Assembly: GCA_963740315.1 (NCBI GenBank)
Contig: CAVUDP010000002.1
Span: 896,001-960,000, forward strand
Direction of reading: 5' to 3'
Length of the DNA stretch: 64,000 nucleotides
Source of the DNA: an uncultured cyanobacterium
Lineage (GTDB): Bacteria > Cyanobacteriota > Cyanobacteriia > Cyanobacteriales > Nostocaceae
This document shows positions 20,076 through 30,469 of this stretch, one piece after another. The notes below the pieces were generated by a model. The model saw only the letters and a program-made list of their open reading frames with translations. It searched no databases and was not told the DNA's origin. A program made the position numbers and the translations under genes. Each line of letters begins with the position of its first letter. The first letter of the stretch is position 1.

Positions 20076-20693
20076 TTACCCTTCTTTCATACTGCTGTAT
20101 AAAGATGGTAATGCAACTCTTCCATGAAAACTTCTGTAGCGTCCTGAAAAATGTTCCAGATATGGATGTGCTAAAGTAGTACGTCTTTTTGCTACTCCAG
20201 CAATTATCTGAGAATATAAAACATCTGCCTCCACTGCAAAAACTTTTTTAAAATCTGCTGTTAATTCAGGTAAACCTTCTTCCTCTAAGTCTAAATCTGA
20301 CGATATCATTTCAAAAAAATAAAATCGTTCGTGACGATTGGCGCTGACTAACTCCCATTCTTTTCTATTATCAATTAAACTTTTATTAGGTCTTATTGAT
20401 TGAGCGGTATCAATTTCACACAATAATATAGAATTTAATAACTTCCCACGCTTTTTTTCTATTTCTCCTGTTGACTGAATCTCTTCTCTAGCTCGAAAAT
20501 CCCAATCTAAATCGCAATCTTGGGTGGTAACAATTACGTAAGGATGAATAATTTTTTCAAGTTTAATATCATCATTTTCAAATTGAGAACTATCTGTAAT
20601 AATCGGTTTATACTGAATAATTCCCGTCAAAAATTCTCCTTGTCTAAGGGCTGAATCTCTGACAGATATATCGTATTTAGGTAATTCTGACAT
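20076..20693 (-). CDS. Hypothetical protein, possible PemK/MazF-like toxin
   Basis: LRQGE...YVIVTTQDCDL...R..L..PY.EH...RVALP pattern; the fold assignment is inference. Confidence 0.5.
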   Translation of the reverse strand: MSELPKYDISVRDSALRQGEFLTGIIQYKPIITDSSQFENDDIKLEKIIHPYVIVTTQDCDLDWDFRAREEIQSTGEIEKKRGKLLNSILLCEIDTAQSIRPNKSLIDNRKEWELVSANRHERFYFFEMISSDLDLEEEGLPELTADFKKVFAVEADVLYSQIIAGVAKRRTTLAHPYLEHFSGRYRSFHGRVALPSLYSSMKEG

Positions 20694-20699
20694 GAATAA

Positions 20700-21098
20700 T
20701 TAATCCAAATCTAAAACCAGAGGAGGTCGAGTTTGTGCGGGATTTACCTTTGCTTTAATTACTTTGGGTGGTAAGCTTTCTTGTGAAGAATCAAAATCAT
20801 TTGTAAAATCGCTGTAATATTCTTTAATGCTTTCCAATTCACTAACGGCTTCATCTAATCCTTCTTGAGGAAGTAGACTTAAAAGAAGTATACATTTTAA
20901 TAAATTTACAATTTGAGGTATTTGTGAATCAGGAAATTCTACTTCAAAACTGACCTGAGAAGTAGGATTTATATAAGGATATGAAATTGAATCATCTACT
21001 TTTTCGTATGACCTTCTAACAGTAATTGAAACGTTACTTTCTGACTCTAAACTATTATCGATCGCTGGTGCTAATTGATTTAGGCTCCATTGCGTCAT
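20700..21098 (-). CDS. Acidic hypothetical protein, middle gene of the TIGR04255 operon
   Basis: Open frame 20700-21173; ATG 21098 minimises the overlap with the upstream gene; ends 6 nt before the next gene. Confidence 0.55.
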   Translation of the reverse strand: MTQWSLNQLAPAIDNSLESESNVSITVRRSYEKVDDSISYPYINPTSQVSFEVEFPDSQIPQIVNLLKCILLLSLLPQEGLDEAVSELESIKEYYSDFTNDFDSSQESLPPKVIKAKVNPAQTRPPLVLDLD

Positions 21099-21873
21099 GG
21101 AGTTCATCCGTAATACTCCATCGGAAAAGTTTCCCTGCTGAATGCTTAAATTTGTCAATGATAGTCCAGACATCTTTTTTATCTAATCTTCCTATAGTAA
21201 AAAAATTTGACTCTAACAAATATGCTGCTTCTTGATGCTTTTTTTCTTCGTCTTGAGCTATAACTAACCCATGATTAAATTTTAATTGCCCATTTTCTAC
21301 ATCTTCTATTCTTATTTCTATATTTTTTATAGAAGCTTTTAATGAAGCAGCAATTTCTGGACTATGAAGTTCTGAAGCAATATGAACGGGTATAAGTTCT
21401 GACCAATTTTTATCTTTGATATCTAAATTAGAACGAACTATTAAATCTTGATATTTTAAACTAACTCTAGTATAAAAAGATGGTTTATAACTATTTTCAA
21501 ATGTTTCTAAAACTCTCTGAAACTTCAATTTAAAATCTTCATATTTTTCATATTCTGTTGTAGAAAGTGATATAAAATCTTGGTTTAAAGACAATTGCCA
21601 TTTTAAATTTTCCGATTTAAAGTGATAAATAGTATTTTGTGTATTCAGAGAAATACCTAACTGCTGAGACATTTTCAATACTTCAGTAGGTAATCCAGGA
21701 ATATTAACGGTTTTTTGAACTTCATAGATAGGATAATCAAATCGAATTATATCTTGAAATTCTGCTGGCTCTTGATTGCTAATTTTGAGAATCGTCGGAA
21801 ATCGTAACAGGCAAACCACTTCAATCAATGGATTGCGTTGATAAATTACCCGCTCGTAATCAGGAAGTTTCAT
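21055..21873 (-). CDS. TIGR04255 family protein
   Basis: Y.RNPLIEVVCLLRFP N-terminus; SLSTTEY..YEDF, RVSLKYQD and F.W.IT motifs. Confidence 0.8.
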   Translation of the reverse strand: MKLPDYERVIYQRNPLIEVVCLLRFPTILKISNQEPAEFQDIIRFDYPIYEVQKTVNIPGLPTEVLKMSQQLGISLNTQNTIYHFKSENLKWQLSLNQDFISLSTTEYEKYEDFKLKFQRVLETFENSYKPSFYTRVSLKYQDLIVRSNLDIKDKNWSELIPVHIASELHSPEIAASLKASIKNIEIRIEDVENGQLKFNHGLVIAQDEEKKHQEAAYLLESNFFTIGRLDKKDVWTIIDKFKHSAGKLFRWSITDELHDAMEPKSISTSDR

Positions 21874-22209
21874 CTAAAAACGCACCTTAAAGTGTATACC
21901 TATCTTAACTTGTAATTGATTATTTTAACAGGGCAAAAATGCCCAAACCGCTACTGGCTAGGTTTTACAGGTTATGGATAGACTTATAACCCGGATGCAA
22001 AAGTTCCTAAATCATTAAAAAGCTCTATACTGTCAGAAAAATTAATTTTTCAAATATAATTTCTAAAAGTCAAGCTTAGTTTGTGCTTTGCCTCTTATTT
22101 TACATTTATAATCATTCATACCCAGATTCAATAATGCCATTCACCTCTGGTTCCCATAATCTACACTAGTGATAAATCCCCAGTCTATAGTCAAGAATTT
22201 TTATCACCA

Positions 22210-22965
22210 ATGTCTGAAGCATATCTTTTAGTATCCCACGGAAGTCGCGATCCGCGTCCTGAAGTCGCGATGGAAGAGTTAGCGCGAAATCTCAGCAATA
22301 AATTAGAAAGTAACTCGAATTCTGATGCGATCGCTAATATATTGTCGCCAACGAAATGCGATTATCAAATAGGTACGGCTTATTTGGAATTACATCCTCA
22401 ACCGCTACACGAGCAAATTGTAGATTTTAGCCGCAAAGCGATCGCTAATGGATGCCGTCATTTAAAAATATTGCCTTTGTTTCTACTGCCGGGAATTCAC
22501 GTTACCGAAGATATCCCCGAAGAGGTGAATTTAGCTCAAAAAACTTTGGGAGAAGATATTTCCATCGAGTTGCAACCATATTTAGGCTCTCACTCGGGTT
22601 TACGAAGGTTGCTTGCAAACAAGATTACCGATATATCTTTAGATAGCAGAATTATTGTAGCCCACGGTAGCCGTCGCGTGGAAGCAAATTCCAGCATTGA
22701 AGCAATGGCTATTTCTTTGAATGCGGTTGCTGCTTATTGGGCTGTGGCTCCGAGTTTAAAAGATATTGTGGCTCAGTTAGTCGCTGATGGGAAGAAAAAA
22801 ATCGCAATTATACCTTATTTCTTATTCGCAGGTGGTATTACCGATGCCATCGCGGAATCTATACAAGATTTAAAATTACAGTTTCCTGGGGTAAGTTTTG
22901 AATTATACGAGCCTTTAGGAGGAAATGGGGAATTAACCGATTTAATTTGGGATTTGATGCAATGA
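22210..22965 (+). CDS. Sirohydrochlorin chelatase (CbiX/SirB family)
   Basis: Two HGSR domains; PLFLLPGIHV..DIP and PYFLFAG motifs. Confidence 0.85.
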   Translation: MSEAYLLVSHGSRDPRPEVAMEELARNLSNKLESNSNSDAIANILSPTKCDYQIGTAYLELHPQPLHEQIVDFSRKAIANGCRHLKILPLFLLPGIHVTEDIPEEVNLAQKTLGEDISIELQPYLGSHSGLRRLLANKITDISLDSRIIVAHGSRRVEANSSIEAMAISLNAVAAYWAVAPSLKDIVAQLVADGKKKIAIIPYFLFAGGITDAIAESIQDLKLQFPGVSFELYEPLGGNGELTDLIWDLMQ

Positions 22966-23723
22966 ACCGGGAAAACACGCAAAAAGCTGTGGGTAAGGTG
23001 TATCTAGTAGGCGCGGGACCCGGAGATGCGGGGTTGATGACTCTCAAGGGGAAGGCGTTGTTAGAAACTGCCGATGTAGTTATCTATGATGCTTTGGTGA
23101 GTCCGGAAATTCTCTTAATGGTTAACCCTGTTGCCGAAAAAATTAACGCTGGAAAAAGACAGGGAAGGCATTCTTTACCGCAAAATCAAACCACTGAATT
23201 ATTAATTGAAAAAGCTCAAGATCATGCGATCGTCGTGCGTTTGAAAGGCGGCGATCCCTTTGTTTTCGGGCGCGGTGGCGAAGAGATGCAAGATTTACTC
23301 AAAGCTGGAATATCTGTAGAAGTAGTGCCGGGAATCACATCGGGAATCGCCGCTCCTGCCTATGCAGGTATTCCCTTAACCCATCGGCTTTATAGTTCGT
23401 CGGTTACATTTGTCACCGGACACGAATCAGTAGGAAAATATCGTCCGGCAGTCGATTGGTTAAGTATTGCCAAAGGTTCGGAAACGATTGTGATATACAT
23501 GGGAATTCAAAATTTAGCTTATATTATCGAAGAGTTATTAAAAGCAGGTTTAGATAAAGATACTTCCATCGGTTTAATCCGTTGGGGTACTCGCCCAGAG
23601 CAGGAAGAATTAATCGGTAAATTAGCAACGATTATCGAGCAAGTTGAAAAAACCGGCTTTGAAGCACCAGCGATCGTTGTGATTGGTGCGGTAGTGAATT
23701 TGCATTCAGTTTTGAAGAGTTAG
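22962..23723 (+). CDS. cobA: Uroporphyrinogen-III C-methyltransferase
   Basis: VYLVGAGPGD, RLKGGDPFVFGRGGEE, VPGITS and AGIPLTHR motifs; ATGA overlap with the chelatase. Confidence 0.95.
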   Translation: MNRENTQKAVGKVYLVGAGPGDAGLMTLKGKALLETADVVIYDALVSPEILLMVNPVAEKINAGKRQGRHSLPQNQTTELLIEKAQDHAIVVRLKGGDPFVFGRGGEEMQDLLKAGISVEVVPGITSGIAAPAYAGIPLTHRLYSSSVTFVTGHESVGKYRPAVDWLSIAKGSETIVIYMGIQNLAYIIEELLKAGLDKDTSIGLIRWGTRPEQEELIGKLATIIEQVEKTGFEAPAIVVIGAVVNLHSVLKS

Positions 23724-23788
23724 GAGTTATTTGACTTTCTTTTATAAAGGGCTGTTTCATTCCCTCAAAAGTTTGTAAATCCGGTTGA

Positions 23789-23853
23789 GAAGTCGGGTTT
23801 TTTTATGTGAAAATATCTGTAACAACCTGACAATTTTATAAAAACCCGACTTC
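23789..23853. repeat. Inverted repeat between convergent genes (possible bidirectional terminator)
   Basis: GAAGTCGGGTTTTT...AAAAACCCGACTTC; related AAACCCG/CGGGTTT hairpins at 29280, 35137, 46011 and 49843. Confidence 0.6.
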
Positions 23854-23949
23854 TGACCATTGAAATCATATGGTTCAAGCCGCTGGATTCATCCGTGGGC
23901 ATTAATTGCGTTCAGGCGGAGCCTGCGGCTTATTGCGAATTGTACTGAC

Positions 23950-26343
23950 TCATGCTGTTGGTTCACCAAAACCAAACAAATTAAACAGCCAGTGATACCA
24001 TTCAGGTTTATTTATAAAAACCTTTAAAGCTGACTCCAAATCAACATCCAAATCTCTATTTTGAATATCAATAATTAATTTATAAATAAGTTCCAAGTGA
24101 ATCCTATCTGGCTTAGAAAAGAAAATAAATTTGCCATTATGAGAATTGTTTAGCTGACTTATCTTCTCTTTAGCAACAGGACCTTTAATTTCAGTTAAGC
24201 GCTCATCTCGGAATAAACTAAAGCTGTCTTTGGGGTGCAAGCATACTAACTCGTTGAAATTACCAATTCGACTAGTAAAAGACGCATTAGGAGACACTTG
24301 CAGAAAACCCAGTACATAGTTTTGACGCTCGGTTTCAATCACAATATGCTCTGGTAATACTCGTTTTCCTAACTTATAAAAAGTCAATTTAATCGGTTTG
24401 ATATTGTTGAAAGCTTCGGCAATAGTCTTGAGTTTACCGATATCATCCGAATCAGAAATAATCGGCAGTTTATGATATTGCCCTTCCAAATAAGTTTTTT
24501 GCTTGGTTAAATACTCAATAACATATTCTTCTATTCGCTTTTCTTCACTTTTAATTTCAGGAACAAGCTGTTTTCCCAAGTCTTCCATGTCAACCGAACC
24601 CGGTGTTTGCATCTCCTGTATAATGCCCAGTAATGCTTGTTTAAATAGCTGTTGCTCGGAAGCTAATATTCGTAACTGCTGTTCTATTTTTTCATTACCG
24701 TCTAACTTCCGAACATTTTCTTTTATAGAGGGTAAAGGAATTTGACAAACCCGATAATTGTAGTATTCAGCGGCTCGATTCAAAACCGCACGCACAGATT
24801 TTTGTTCGAGAATATCCTCTAAATCTTCAGCTAAAAATATTTTTGCTAAAGGAATATTTATAGTTTGCAGCTTGACTTTGAGAATAGATAAAAGTTCGTT
24901 TTCCTGCGGTCTTTGTAACTGAATTTGATACTGAGATACTCTACCAATAATTGAGTTATCAAAAATATCTTTAAACTGCTCCCAGCGATCGGGAAACATA
25001 TTTAGGATAATCAAGCTATTAGGAACGTGGGTGAAAATTTCCTTAATAGTTTCTCCAAACTGGAGCAATATCTCTTTATTTTGAGGAAGTCCCAATCCTT
25101 CCAACTGGTCGAAAATAATAATTAAAGGCTGATCGAGGATAGATAATTTACCTAAAACCGAAATAGCTTCTAAAGAAAATTGTTCTAAGCTAAGGTTTTC
25201 TTGCCAATTTGGTAAACCAACTTTTTCTGCTTCCTCTTTTGATAAAGCCTGACCTGCTAGCCAACGTGTAGCAATATTTTTGTAATTATAGTCCGTGTAG
25301 CTACAATACTTTATAATTCCCTTGAGAATTGAGAAAGCAAAACCACCAGCCGAGTAATTTTTGTTCCACCAGTCATTGATTCGTTTGTGAATTTGCTGCC
25401 AGTATACTGCCTTAGTATAAGTTCCTTCTCCCCCAAGAGCATCTATATTATCATCCTTTAGTGCTTGAATAATTTCTTGGTCTTTTTTAGTGAGATTTGG
25501 GACATCAGCAACAATTTTATCAAAGCTATTAATAATTAGATAATCTAATTGAGTAAATGTTCCAACTCGCTCGACTAAAGACTCCAAAATGCGGCTGTAA
25601 ATATGGTACAGCACAGACGAAGAATTGTTAGGCTGACGGATAAAAAGCAATCGATTACTTGATAATCGCGCTTTTGTTAATCGCATCATTAAATGAGTCT
25701 TTCCCGAACCTGGTTCTCCAATTACCACCGCTCCTTTGCTTTGATGATTGTCATCGAGTTCAATATTTTTTAATATTGACTCAAGAGTAATAAATTGTTG
25801 GTGATAGGTATCGAAGTCATCGGGGTGATTTTGAAAAGGGGTATCAACTCGACTGCTGCTAAATGGATTTGGTTGTTCTTTTAATTTGTCCAACATTAAC
25901 TGGCGATAAAGGTAATAGGTAAACTCTGCATCATACCGGGCAGAATGAGCCATATCCCGGATAAAGTAGCGGTTATTAACCCGCAAATTTAAATATTTAC
26001 TGAGATATTCTAAAGAGTAGCTTTCCAGCCCTAACCAATGATTTTTTGCTTTTATACAAGTGCAATCAAATTCCAGGGGAGGAACTTTTAAACCCGCTTT
26101 ATGGAAGCTGAATTTAAGTACTTGAATATCGTGTTTAGCATAGTGACAAACTATTTTCTTCCCTTGAACAATGTTTAAAAAGTCGGATAATAAACTCTTT
26201 AAACTTTTGAGATTAGGCAAATGAGAACCATTATTGGCATAGTCGCTAGAAAACCCTTCGTAGATTACACGTCCCTGACTATCTATAATTGCCAGTTCGC
26301 TTAATTCTGGCTTGCCCTCAGTATCAATAACTACGTAATCCAT
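23950..26343 (-). CDS. DEDDh 3'-5' exonuclease fused to a P-loop ATPase
   Basis: Exo I VVIDTE, Exo II HYAKHD, Exo III HSARYDA; Walker A GEPGSGKT; Walker B LIIIFDQLE. Confidence 0.8.
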   Translation of the reverse strand: MDYVVIDTEGKPELSELAIIDSQGRVIYEGFSSDYANNGSHLPNLKSLKSLLSDFLNIVQGKKIVCHYAKHDIQVLKFSFHKAGLKVPPLEFDCTCIKAKNHWLGLESYSLEYLSKYLNLRVNNRYFIRDMAHSARYDAEFTYYLYRQLMLDKLKEQPNPFSSSRVDTPFQNHPDDFDTYHQQFITLESILKNIELDDNHQSKGAVVIGEPGSGKTHLMMRLTKARLSSNRLLFIRQPNNSSSVLYHIYSRILESLVERVGTFTQLDYLIINSFDKIVADVPNLTKKDQEIIQALKDDNIDALGGEGTYTKAVYWQQIHKRINDWWNKNYSAGGFAFSILKGIIKYCSYTDYNYKNIATRWLAGQALSKEEAEKVGLPNWQENLSLEQFSLEAISVLGKLSILDQPLIIIFDQLEGLGLPQNKEILLQFGETIKEIFTHVPNSLIILNMFPDRWEQFKDIFDNSIIGRVSQYQIQLQRPQENELLSILKVKLQTINIPLAKIFLAEDLEDILEQKSVRAVLNRAAEYYNYRVCQIPLPSIKENVRKLDGNEKIEQQLRILASEQQLFKQALLGIIQEMQTPGSVDMEDLGKQLVPEIKSEEKRIEEYVIEYLTKQKTYLEGQYHKLPIISDSDDIGKLKTIAEAFNNIKPIKLTFYKLGKRVLPEHIVIETERQNYVLGFLQVSPNASFTSRIGNFNELVCLHPKDSFSLFRDERLTEIKGPVAKEKISQLNNSHNGKFIFFSKPDRIHLELIYKLIIDIQNRDLDVDLESALKVFINKPEWYHWLFNLFGFGEPTA

Positions 26344-26881
26344 ATAAATTTATCATATGCATAATTTGCCAAAACTCACATACTTTATACTAATTATAAA
26401 TATAAATACTTGTAGATATTACTAAGTATTCATTTATGCCTATAAAGCGTATTTTGTGCTTAAATCCTTTGCAAGCAACGATCGCTCTAAAAATATTTAT
26501 ACTGTCTAAGGAAAATCTGAGTTTTCGTCTCCCGATTTATTAGTCATTATTATTGATAGAACTAAGTAATTACTAGTTCCCAAAATATACAAGGATTTAG
26601 TAGTAGCAAAAAATACCTTAATACTCAGAATAATTTAAATAAAAAAATATTCCTATACGTATATACGTAATACATTTATTGCAATTTGCCATCATATGCA
26701 GGATAGAAAATATGTATAGCTTTTAACAGTACCCGTAGGGGTACTTTTACGCTTTACCGCGTGTTGTGGGTAAGTTTCGTGTCTACGGTCGTATTAATAG
26801 TATATTCAGATATTTGCAGATGTTAATATATTGATTGCAATACGCACTTTTAAACAAGATTATATTTATTATCCGATCGAT

Positions 26882-26935
26882 TCTCCCCATCTCCCCATCC
26901 CCCCATCCCCTTGTCCCCCCTCTCCCAATCCCCAT
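26882..26935. repeat. Octamer tandem repeat (CTCCCCAT)
   Basis: Visible degenerate tandem copies. Confidence 0.7.
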
Positions 26936-27028
26936 CTGTAACACCGAATAGTTGAATATTTTTCGATTCAGCCTAAAATTAAACGACAGTAAAAATACTA
27001 GGTGGCTCTACGAGGAGTTGTATCGACG

Positions 27029-29248
27029 ATGAAGTTTTTATTTAAGCAGGATTCACCCCCAGAAACCACTGATGACTCAAAGTCAGTTGAAACGCAAACT
27101 CCTGGCTTAGGCACATTTGGTGGAGTTTATACGCCTTCAATTTTGACAATTTTGGGCGTAATTATGTATCTGCGGTTTGGCTGGGTTGTGGGAAATGTGG
27201 GGTTGGTGGGTTCTCTTGTCATTGTCACTCTCGCCACATCGATTACTTTGCTCACTTCTTTGTCGGTATGCGCGATCGCCACTGATAAGGTTGTGCGGGT
27301 TGGTGGTGCTTACTACATGATTAGCCGCTGTTTGGGGATTGAAGTCGGTGGTGCTGTGGGTATTTCTCTTTACTTTGCCCAAGCGCTTTCGATCGCTCTT
27401 TATACCATCGGTTTTGCTGAAAGTGTAGTGCAAACTTTTGGCAGCCTCAATCAAACTTATGTGGCTTTAATTACAACTATTTTGGTGGCGATTTTAGCTG
27501 TGACTTCTGCGGAAGTTGCGGTGAAGGCACAATATGTAATTATGGGAGCGATCGTTTTATCGCTGTTTTCTTTAGCTTTCGGTGGTGCCATACCGGATGT
27601 TACACCCCAAGGATGGGATATTCCTGCTAACGGCGTTCCTTTTTGGGGAGTGTTCGCGGTGTTTTTCCCGGCGGTAACGGGTATCATGTCGGGGGTTAGT
27701 ATGTCGGGGGATTTACGCAATCCCAGCCGCTCTATTCCTAGCGGTACCTTAGCAGCAGTCGCTACGGGATACGTTGTTTATATGATTTTGCCGCTGATAA
27801 TTGCCATGCGTGCCGATACTGCAACTTTAGTTAACGTACCGCTGGCAATGAAAATGATGTCTCTATGGAGTCCGGCGATTTTATTCGGAGTCTGGGGGGC
27901 AACTTTGTCAAGCGCCTTGGGTAGTATTTTGGCGGCTCCCCGCGTATTGCAAGCTTTGGCAAGAGATGGAATTTTACCGCGCTGGATGTCCTTTTTAGGT
28001 AAAGGTAGCGGTGAAAATGACGAACCGCGTATCGGTACTTGGGTAACTCTGGGTGTGGCGATCGCGGCGGTATGCATTGGCGATTTAAACTTGATTGCGC
28101 CGGTGCTGACAATGTTTTTCCTGACAACTTACTTAGTATTAAATCTTTCGGCAACTATCGAAGGATTACTGCAAAGTCCATCATTTAGACCAAGCTTTAA
28201 AGTGCATTGGCTTTTATCTTTGCTGGGGGGAATTGGTTGTTTAGCAGTGATGTTTCTGATCAACGCAGTTGCTACCATCGTGGCAGCTGCAATTGTGTTA
28301 GCAATATTTTTCTGGCTGCAACAACGCGAACTAAATACTACTTGGGGAGATGTACGTCAAGGAATTTGGATGACATTACTCCGCACGGGAATTTTTCAAA
28401 TTAATCGTGTTGAAGATACCAAGAATTGGCGACCTAATATTTTAGTATTTTCTGGTTCTCCTAACAAACGTTGGTCATTGATTCAACTAGCTTATGCATT
28501 AACCCACAAACGAGGTTTTATTACCGTATCAAGCGTTGTATCAAGCGGTACGCGAGACTTAGCTAGACAAATGCAGCTTGAAAATACAATTCGCGAGCAG
28601 TTGAAAAAGCAGCAGGTGCAAGCATTAGTCCGCGTCGTAAATGCCCCAAATCCCTTCGATGGAATGCTGCAACTCGTCGAAGCTTATGGAATAGGTAATG
28701 TAGTACCCAACATTATATTATTAGGAGACAGCGAACAGGCAACCAGACGCGACCAATACTGCAACACGATCGCCCAAATCCATCATGCCAAACGCAGCGT
28801 CATGATTTTGCGAGAAAATGAGCAACGAGGATTTGGGCGGTTTCGACAAATAGATGTATGGTGGGGAGGAATGCAAGACAACGGTGGATTGATGCTATTG
28901 CTTGCTCATATGTTGCGATCGACAATCGAATGGCGCGACGCTCAGATATATATCAAGCTACTTGTTTCCAACGAAGCAGGCGCAAAAAATGCCGAAATAA
29001 ACTTAAATGCCATGCTGAGTCGATTTCGGATCGCAGCTATACCCGAAGTCATAGTTGCAGCGAATCGTTCTTTTGAAACCGTTTTACACGAATCTTCCCA
29101 AGATGCAGACATCATATTTTTAGGAATGGCAACTCCCACAGATCGAAACTTTACCGAATATTACGAACAAATGCACGCACGCACCGCCAACCTTCCGACA
29201 ATTATGTACGTTATGGCTGCACCCGATTTTGCATTTGCTGAAGTTTGA
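27029..29248 (+). CDS. APC-superfamily cation-chloride cotransporter (SLC12-like)
   Basis: LGTFGGV..PSILTILGVIMYLRFGWVVG, GGAYYMISR.LG, FFPAVTGIMSG...SGDL, KNWRP and IDVWW motifs; GAGGAG RBS before ATG 27029. Confidence 0.85.
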   Translation: MKFLFKQDSPPETTDDSKSVETQTPGLGTFGGVYTPSILTILGVIMYLRFGWVVGNVGLVGSLVIVTLATSITLLTSLSVCAIATDKVVRVGGAYYMISRCLGIEVGGAVGISLYFAQALSIALYTIGFAESVVQTFGSLNQTYVALITTILVAILAVTSAEVAVKAQYVIMGAIVLSLFSLAFGGAIPDVTPQGWDIPANGVPFWGVFAVFFPAVTGIMSGVSMSGDLRNPSRSIPSGTLAAVATGYVVYMILPLIIAMRADTATLVNVPLAMKMMSLWSPAILFGVWGATLSSALGSILAAPRVLQALARDGILPRWMSFLGKGSGENDEPRIGTWVTLGVAIAAVCIGDLNLIAPVLTMFFLTTYLVLNLSATIEGLLQSPSFRPSFKVHWLLSLLGGIGCLAVMFLINAVATIVAAAIVLAIFFWLQQRELNTTWGDVRQGIWMTLLRTGIFQINRVEDTKNWRPNILVFSGSPNKRWSLIQLAYALTHKRGFITVSSVVSSGTRDLARQMQLENTIREQLKKQQVQALVRVVNAPNPFDGMLQLVEAYGIGNVVPNIILLGDSEQATRRDQYCNTIAQIHHAKRSVMILRENEQRGFGRFRQIDVWWGGMQDNGGLMLLLAHMLRSTIEWRDAQIYIKLLVSNEAGAKNAEINLNAMLSRFRIAAIPEVIVAANRSFETVLHESSQDADIIFLGMATPTDRNFTEYYEQMHARTANLPTIMYVMAAPDFAFAEV

Positions 29249-29279
29249 ACTGAAATTATAAATCGTTTTTTCGTAAATA

Positions 29280-29313
29280 GAAACCCGGTTTTTCCCACAA
29301 AACACCGGGTTTT
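29280..29313 (+). terminator. Hairpin, probable terminator
   Basis: AAACCCGG...CCGGGTTTTT downstream of the transporter. Confidence 0.55.
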
Positions 29314-29558
29314 TGATTGAGATTCATCTATCAAGTTAATAATCTCACAATTATTTCTTTAGTTAGAACTCTCCTAAATCATAATTCTAACTTATGATTG
29401 ATTCGCGATTACTTGATTTTGTTATAAGATTAGATTAAATAAAAAAAGTTGATTTTATAAAACAAATATCATTTACTTACAATTAACCTCAACGTGAAAT
29501 AATTTGAGGCAAAGATTTTAATAAATTTAAATAAATTAGAACGAAAAAGGAGACACCA

Positions 29559-30203
29559 ATGAATAACAAAATTGCAAAAATCTTTCTTTTACCTTTAAGT
29601 ATAGCTTCTGCGATCGCGATTACCGCCGTACCTTTTGGCAAGCCTGTAATGGCACAAAGAGTAACAGCGCTTGCAGATGGTAATATGACCGAATATTCAC
29701 CAACTTCTGCACCAGTATTAAGACCTGGTAGTAGGTCGGAAGCTGTAAAAGATGTACAATTATTGTTGAACCAAAATAAATTTTACTACGGTGCAATGGA
29801 TGGGATATACGGACCGAGAATGCGTTCATCCATTATAAGTTTCCAAAGGTCTAGAAATTTACCTGCAACAGCTGTTGTAAATGCTAAAACCTGGGAAGCA
29901 CTAATAGATTTAGATAAACGTACATCACCTACCCGTTTCGCATACTTGGGTAAATATTCACCTTCAACCGCACCCATGTTAAAGGTGGGAAGTCGAGGAA
30001 AAGCTGTAAGAGACGTACAAACATATCTTAAACAGCAAGGATTTTATGTTGGGCAAGTTGATGGAATTTACGGACGTGCAACAGCTTCTGCGGTAAAATC
30101 TTTTCAACAAAATAGAGCTAAATTAAGAGCAGATGGAATTGTTGGTGGCAGCACCTGGCAAGCAATGATCGAGGATAAAGAAGGTCCCTTCACCATTAAT
30201 TAA
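29559..30203 (+). CDS. Secreted protein with two peptidoglycan-binding (PG_binding_1) domains
   Basis: Signal peptide; two copies of L..GSR..AV.DVQ..L...DGIYG...FQ...TW. Confidence 0.85.
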   Translation: MNNKIAKIFLLPLSIASAIAITAVPFGKPVMAQRVTALADGNMTEYSPTSAPVLRPGSRSEAVKDVQLLLNQNKFYYGAMDGIYGPRMRSSIISFQRSRNLPATAVVNAKTWEALIDLDKRTSPTRFAYLGKYSPSTAPMLKVGSRGKAVRDVQTYLKQQGFYVGQVDGIYGRATASAVKSFQQNRAKLRADGIVGGSTWQAMIEDKEGPFTIN

Positions 30204-30469
30204 ATAGATAGATAGATGTAGAGAGCTCCGCACTGCTACGTCTCCAACAATGTGAAATCACAACTTCATATTTTTATTTAACAACGCCAATTCGTATCAT
30301 ATAAGACTTAAGCAACTGGCACATTTTTCTTGTAGGGGAGGCAAAATGGGGTGTAGATTTTCTTCCCCCATTATTGCCGTTGTGTGACGCCGCCTCGAAA
30401 ATTTGAACGTAGCAATAAGGTTTGTAACGTCACGCACCATCAACCATTTTTAAAATTTCATCTAATCTA

